Below are positions 62,801 through 64,000 of a DNA stretch of 64,000 nt, piece after piece (the stretch's first letter is position 1; every line of letters begins with the position of its first letter). Made by a program: the position numbers and the translations under genes. The notes beneath the pieces were generated by a model. The model saw only the letters and a program-made list of their open reading frames with translations. It was not told the DNA's origin and did no database searches. This DNA is from Phoronis australis (Eukaryota; Animalia; Phoronida): positions 641,951 to 705,950 of the forward strand of contig NMRA01000200.1 of the NCBI GenBank assembly GCA_002633005.1. Direction: 5' to 3'.

Positions 62801-63447
62801 CCACGTTATATTTAACAATCTGTATTTTGATGAGGAAAAAACAAGCTGAAAAGTTTCTGAAAGCGTTAAGTAATTCTTCACTTATGTTGCATACAAACAA
62901 TTACCAAATTTTTCTTTTCTTTTCATTTTTCAATGGATGATTAATTTGCTAAGTCCTGTAAACTTTACCAAATATTGTTTTATGACATTTACACAATACA
63001 AACTATACTTGGAGTAGACTAAAATTTTTTTATTCTTTGTTTCTGAAGAAATTTGACAAAATAAAATTTCCCTTGTCAACCATATTGTGTGGTAAATAAC
63101 TGAAGAGTCACTGTATTGCACAAGCGATCATGCTGTCCACATTTTAATTAAAATTTGTCTTGTGGCCCATTATGGTTCAGTATGGATTGGATATATTATC
63201 ACTTCATCATCAAATAACTCCTGTATTAGCTTATTGTTCATTGTTTGAACTATTTATTTGCCAAACACTAACAATAAATACTGTAATTTGTCTAGGGGGT
63301 AAGAAGAATTTACCTACTGGTCTTCCTGCTGGCTACTACCAGGGCTTCAGAGGTTGTATTACTGACGTGAAGATTAACTCCTACGACTTACACATGGCCC
63401 GTGATCAGGATAGTATCATGATAAAGCCACTTAACTTCTGTGAATGA
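17552..63447 (+). CDS. AGRN: Agrin-like multi-exon gene (FS/Kazal x8, laminin-EGF x2, laminin G x2), complete from ATG to TGA
   Basis: 19 well-supported exons plus 2 tentative Ser/Thr exons join with GT-AG boundaries and matching phases (3363 nt with the tentative exons, 3276 nt without). The domain order FS-SGSG-LE-LE-FS-ST-LG and the LG3 motifs [17 protein letters not shown] and [15 protein letters not shown] match agrin. Confidence 0.9.
24496..24714 (+). CDS. AGRN: Agrin exon: FS2
   Basis: TTTGCAG| DPCGNKTC...[14 protein letters not shown]...EGPCNG |GTAAGT; phase 1-1. Confidence 0.92.
25394..26091 (-). mobile_element. Solo LTR, family A copy 1
   Basis: TGTCA...TGACA termini, 5-bp TSD CAGAA on both sides; highly similar to 54968-55703; TATA-like and AATAAA motifs on the minus strand. 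Confidence 0.85.
26744..26875. repeat. About 69-bp tandem duplication
   Basis: ATAAGAATGCTGTCAT.ACCCATCCGAG...CAGGCAACTACAGAACAAGA twice. Confidence 0.85.
28431..29501. repeat. Near-identical 537-bp direct duplication either side of an N (likely unmerged contig overlap)
   Basis: 28431-28963 and 28968-29501 differ by a few SNPs and abut the N at 28964. Confidence 0.85.
29494..29899. mobile_element. hAT-type MITE
   Basis: TIRs of about 39 bp containing CTCAGCTTCTGATCGTCCCCAATACA; 8-bp TSD GAGCTAAC (29486-29493, 29900-29907). Confidence 0.75.
30497..31358. mobile_element. Solo LTR, family B
   Basis: TGTCAGA...TCTGACA termini with 5-bp TSD TACAG on both sides. Confidence 0.7.
32794..33006 (+). 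CDS. AGRN: Agrin exon: FS3
   Basis: TTCTAG| [14 protein letters not shown]...[14 protein letters not shown]...FGNC |GTGAGT; 213 nt, phase 1-1. Confidence 0.92.
33086..33609. mobile_element. TTAA-flanked MITE (Kolobok-like termini)
   Basis: TTAA|GGTTAAGTAGGACTTTAT...ATAAGGACCCACATAACC|TTAA; a related diverged copy lies at about 14600-15000. Confidence 0.65.
34125..34337 (+). CDS. AGRN: Agrin exon: FS4 (paralog of FS3 exon)
   Basis: TTCCAG| [14 protein letters not shown]...[14 protein letters not shown]...FGTC |GTACCT; 213 nt, phase 1-1. Confidence 0.9.
34783..34892 (+). CDS. AGRN: Agrin exon: FS5 N-half
   Basis: TTCCAG| [36 protein letters not shown] |GTAAGT; phase 1-0; not in the ORF track. 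Confidence 0.9.
36498..36721. repeat. 43-bp minisatellite, about 5 copies
   Basis: TTATTCAGTGGATGCATGCACCTAATCTCATCACAGCATCCCG at 36498, 36541, 36584, 36627, 36670. Confidence 0.95.
36998..37100 (+). CDS. AGRN: Agrin exon: FS5 Kazal half
   Basis: TTTGTAG| [34 protein letters not shown] |GTATGT; phase 0-1. Confidence 0.9.
37088..37510 (+). repeat. About 45-bp highly degenerate tandem repeat starting at an exon/donor junction
   Basis: ATGCAG(T)/ATGTAGT cores at 37320, 37366, 37411, 37456 and 37501 resemble the junction GCATGCA|GTATGTATCTTG. Confidence 0.6.
38330..38700. repeat. Degenerate short-period minisatellite (GAGTGACCCTCACCCT-like)
   Basis: Many imperfect copies of an 18-20-bp unit. 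Confidence 0.8.
39687..39778 (+). CDS. AGRN: Agrin exon: FS6 N-half
   Basis: TTGTAG| [30 protein letters not shown] |GTAAGT; phase 1-0. Confidence 0.9.
40306..40365 (-). pseudogene. tRNA-derived remnant (SINE head or pseudo-tRNA)
   Basis: Minus strand AGCTCAGTGG (A box) ... GGGTTTGAGTCCCAG (B box-like); no complete acceptor stem. Confidence 0.5.
41054..41168 (+). CDS. AGRN: Agrin exon: FS6 Kazal half
   Basis: TTTCAG| [38 protein letters not shown] |GTTAGT; phase 0-1. Confidence 0.9.
42333..42554 (+). CDS. AGRN: Agrin exon: FS7 + acidic Ser-Gly GAG attachment motif
   Basis: TTACAG| [13 protein letters not shown]...[14 protein letters not shown]...[12 protein letters not shown] |GTAGGC; phase 1-1. 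Confidence 0.92.
43692..43853 (+). CDS. AGRN: Agrin exon: laminin-type EGF 1
   Basis: TAG| [42 protein letters not shown]...GC |GTAAGT; phase 1-1. Confidence 0.92.
43830..43975 (+). repeat. 61-bp degenerate tandem repeat spanning the LE1 exon end and donor
   Basis: AGGATG.TA.CACT.GATGTT units at 43830, 43891, 43952. Confidence 0.85.
44202..44342 (+). CDS. AGRN: Agrin exon: laminin-type EGF 2
   Basis: CTGCAG| [34 protein letters not shown]...GC |GTAAGT; phase 1-1. Confidence 0.92.
44844..45074 (+). CDS. AGRN: Agrin exon: post-LE FS module (vertebrate FS9 equivalent)
   Basis: CTTTAG| [18 protein letters not shown]...[13 protein letters not shown]...FACRLQQDI...GPCR |GTATGA; phase 1-1. Confidence 0.9.
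46178..46218 (+). CDS. Tentative Thr-rich linker exon ([14 protein letters not shown])
   Basis: TTTCAAG| ... |GTGATA; phase 1-0, complementary to the 47787 exon. Splice sites are weak and other boundaries are possible. Confidence 0.35.
46620..47701. mobile_element. Tc1/mariner-pogo-type non-autonomous element
   Basis: TA|CCGTATTTGCCCTAATAAGCACCC...GGGCACTTATTAGGGCAAACACAG|TA. Confidence 0.75.
47787..47832 (+). CDS. Tentative Ser/Thr-rich linker exon ([15 protein letters not shown])
   Basis: TACTTTCAG| ... AAAG|GTTGGT; phase 0-1, fits the phase-1 LG1 acceptor; S/T-rich as expected for the agrin mucin-like linker. Confidence 0.5.
48237..49175. repeat. Interspersed element with about 6 degenerate 140-160-bp tandem subunits (Helentron/HINE-like)
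   Basis: Recurring TGTGCCCCCTAGTGG and TTCATGAAA...GGCAAATAGGTT blocks; subunits three apart are most alike. Confidence 0.6.
49775..49967 (+). CDS. AGRN: Agrin exon: LG1 part 1
   Basis: TTTCAG| FSGNSFLQL...PDGLLMYCG...[15 protein letters not shown] |GTAAGT; phase 1-2. Confidence 0.9.
51838..52053 (+). CDS. AGRN: Agrin exon: LG1 part 2
   Basis: TTCAG| [12 protein letters not shown]...RDGVLMVGG...[14 protein letters not shown] |GTAAGT; phase 2-2. Confidence 0.9.
52061..52124. repeat. 20-bp tandem repeat x3 directly after a donor
   Basis: TTGACAGCT(A/G)GAAGTAATGA at 52061, 52081, 52101. Confidence 0.9.
52433..52566 (+). CDS. AGRN: Agrin exon: LG1 part 3
   Basis: TTCTAG| [22 protein letters not shown]...DIVTSFNV |GTAAGA; phase 2-1; GFxGCI LG motif. 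Confidence 0.88.
53707..53788 (+). CDS. AGRN: Agrin exon: start of LG3, ending at the z-site-equivalent intron
   Basis: TTTTAG| [27 protein letters not shown] |GTGAGC; phase 1-2; colinear with vertebrate FDGRTFVEYLNAVTES (recalled sequence). Confidence 0.88.
53735..54460 (+). repeat. 88-bp tandem array copying an exon 3' end plus splice donor (at least 9 donors)
   Basis: CAGAG|GTGA junctions at 53788, 53876, 53964, 54052, 54140, 54228, 54278, 54366 and 54454; N at 54254. Confidence 0.95.
54968..55703 (-). mobile_element. Solo LTR, family A copy 2 (inside the z-site intron)
   Basis: TGTCA...TGACA termini, 5-bp TSD GCATT on both sides; homologous to 25394-26091. Confidence 0.85.
56726..56752 (+). 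CDS. Candidate 27-nt alternative micro-exon at the z-site (inserts QITVGESRG)
   Basis: Branch-like TACTAAG, pyrimidine tract TTTTCATTATTCCATTCTGCAG|, 27 nt with no stop in phase 2-2, donor GG|GTGAGT. Confidence 0.55.
57559..57757 (+). promoter_or_regulatory. Intronic YCAY cluster (candidate Nova/Pasilla splicing enhancer)
   Basis: TCAC/TCAT at 57559, 57581, 57603, 57614, 57624, 57636, 57648, 57666, 57683, 57721 and 57754, just upstream of the 57769 acceptor. Confidence 0.45.
57769..58008 (+). CDS. AGRN: Agrin exon: LG3 part 2
   Basis: CTTTCAG| [15 protein letters not shown]...[20 protein letters not shown]...VNDGKWHKV |GTGAGC; phase 2-2. Confidence 0.92.
59290..60774 (+). mobile_element. 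Non-LTR retrotransposon (LINE) ORF2 fragment: APE endonuclease + linker, no RT
   Basis: [28 protein letters not shown] and SGHFPI motifs, then a PGWFD linker; stops and frameshifts; truncated near 60774. Confidence 0.85.
61232..61663. mobile_element. Foldback element with arms of about 190 bp built of roughly 21-bp subrepeats
   Basis: GTACCTAAACTACACAGTCAACGGACTC... is the reverse complement of ...GAGTCCGTTGACCGTGTAGTTTAGATAC; short central spacer. Confidence 0.8.
61910..62235 (+). mobile_element. Family X copy 3 (partial)
   Basis: ATATGTCCCGAAAATGGTAGGTGCGTCACAAACTCCGTTTCCAGAGATAAAAAGGAGAC and CCCTAAGGACACGTGA match the other copies. Confidence 0.65.
62403..62506 (+). CDS. AGRN: Agrin exon: LG3 part 3
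   Basis: CTGTAG| [34 protein letters not shown] |GTGAGT; phase 2-1. Confidence 0.92.
63296..63447 (+). CDS. AGRN: Agrin terminal coding exon (end of LG3)
   Basis: TCTAG| [24 protein letters not shown]...LNFCE, TGA stop at 63445-63447. Confidence 0.92.
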
Positions 63448-63685
63448 ACACTGCTGTGTAGACTCTGAGGGTGCAGCTGAGATTTTGTGGTCATATTCAT
63501 TGGATGAGGATCCATGGATCTATTTCAACTTTCTTTTTAGCTCAACTATTTATGGAGAATTGTTAGTTATAGGAATCAAGTGTGCCATTTGCATTTTAAC
63601 GTGTAAATCATTTTCACATTTGATTCATGACATGAGTGGTCTCTATATGTGCTGTGTTGAGGTGTAATTATTAAAAAATGAAGAG

Positions 63686-63691
63686 AATAAA
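63686..63691 (+). terminator. Candidate polyadenylation signal AATAAA
   Basis: About 240 nt after the stop codon, followed by GT/T-rich sequence. Confidence 0.4.
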
Positions 63692-64000
63692 GTGTGAGAA
63701 TGTGTTGGTCAGGTATCTCATCATTTGCATTTCTGTTGCATTTTGGGACACTGTTGACACAAGGCCATATTATAACTGTTAAATATCTGTTGGTATCATT
63801 TTTATATTGTCTTGTATTGTATTGAATTTTTTCATGTTAATCATCATTTTATGTCAAGCTTTGTTCATCACAGTCAGTCACATAAATCAGACATGCATAA
63901 GTCTGATTTTTGTTAACTTGGGTGGTTCACTTGTCATATACTCTTTGTGCACTGGAGCCTTCACATAAATCAGATTTTGCCATTCACCGTTGAAATCTCT

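Noticed and set aside
1-64000. Most 60-130-aa ORFs in the supplied track
   Set aside because: They are chance ORFs in introns or repeats, or antisense shadows of the real exons.

Overview
Animal (invertebrate-type, AT-rich, intron- and repeat-rich) genomic DNA, not prokaryotic. Most of the window (17552-63447, + strand) is one agrin-like gene that I could splice by hand into a phase-consistent ORF of about 1,090-1,120 aa: signal peptide, 7 follistatin/Kazal (FS) modules, an acidic SGSGS glycosaminoglycan site, 2 laminin-EGF, FS, a short Ser/Thr linker, then LG1 and LG3. No NtA, SEA, EGF or LG2 exons were found. The best lead is the intron at the position equivalent to the vertebrate agrin z/B splice site. 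It holds (i) a candidate 27-nt in-frame micro-exon with strong splice signals (56726-56752), (ii) dense YCAY (Nova-type) clusters downstream of it, and (iii) an 88-bp tandem array reiterating the upstream exon end and donor at least 9 times. Upstream of the gene are a probably decayed C-type lectin gene and a decayed Academ (XPG-type) DNA transposon with a 4-bp TSD. The introns carry three solo LTRs with 5-bp TSDs, several MITE/foldback elements, a LINE endonuclease fragment and minisatellites. Three single-N gaps (8943, 28964, 54254) mark assembly joins. All calls are by eye; no database search was run and the species is not identified.
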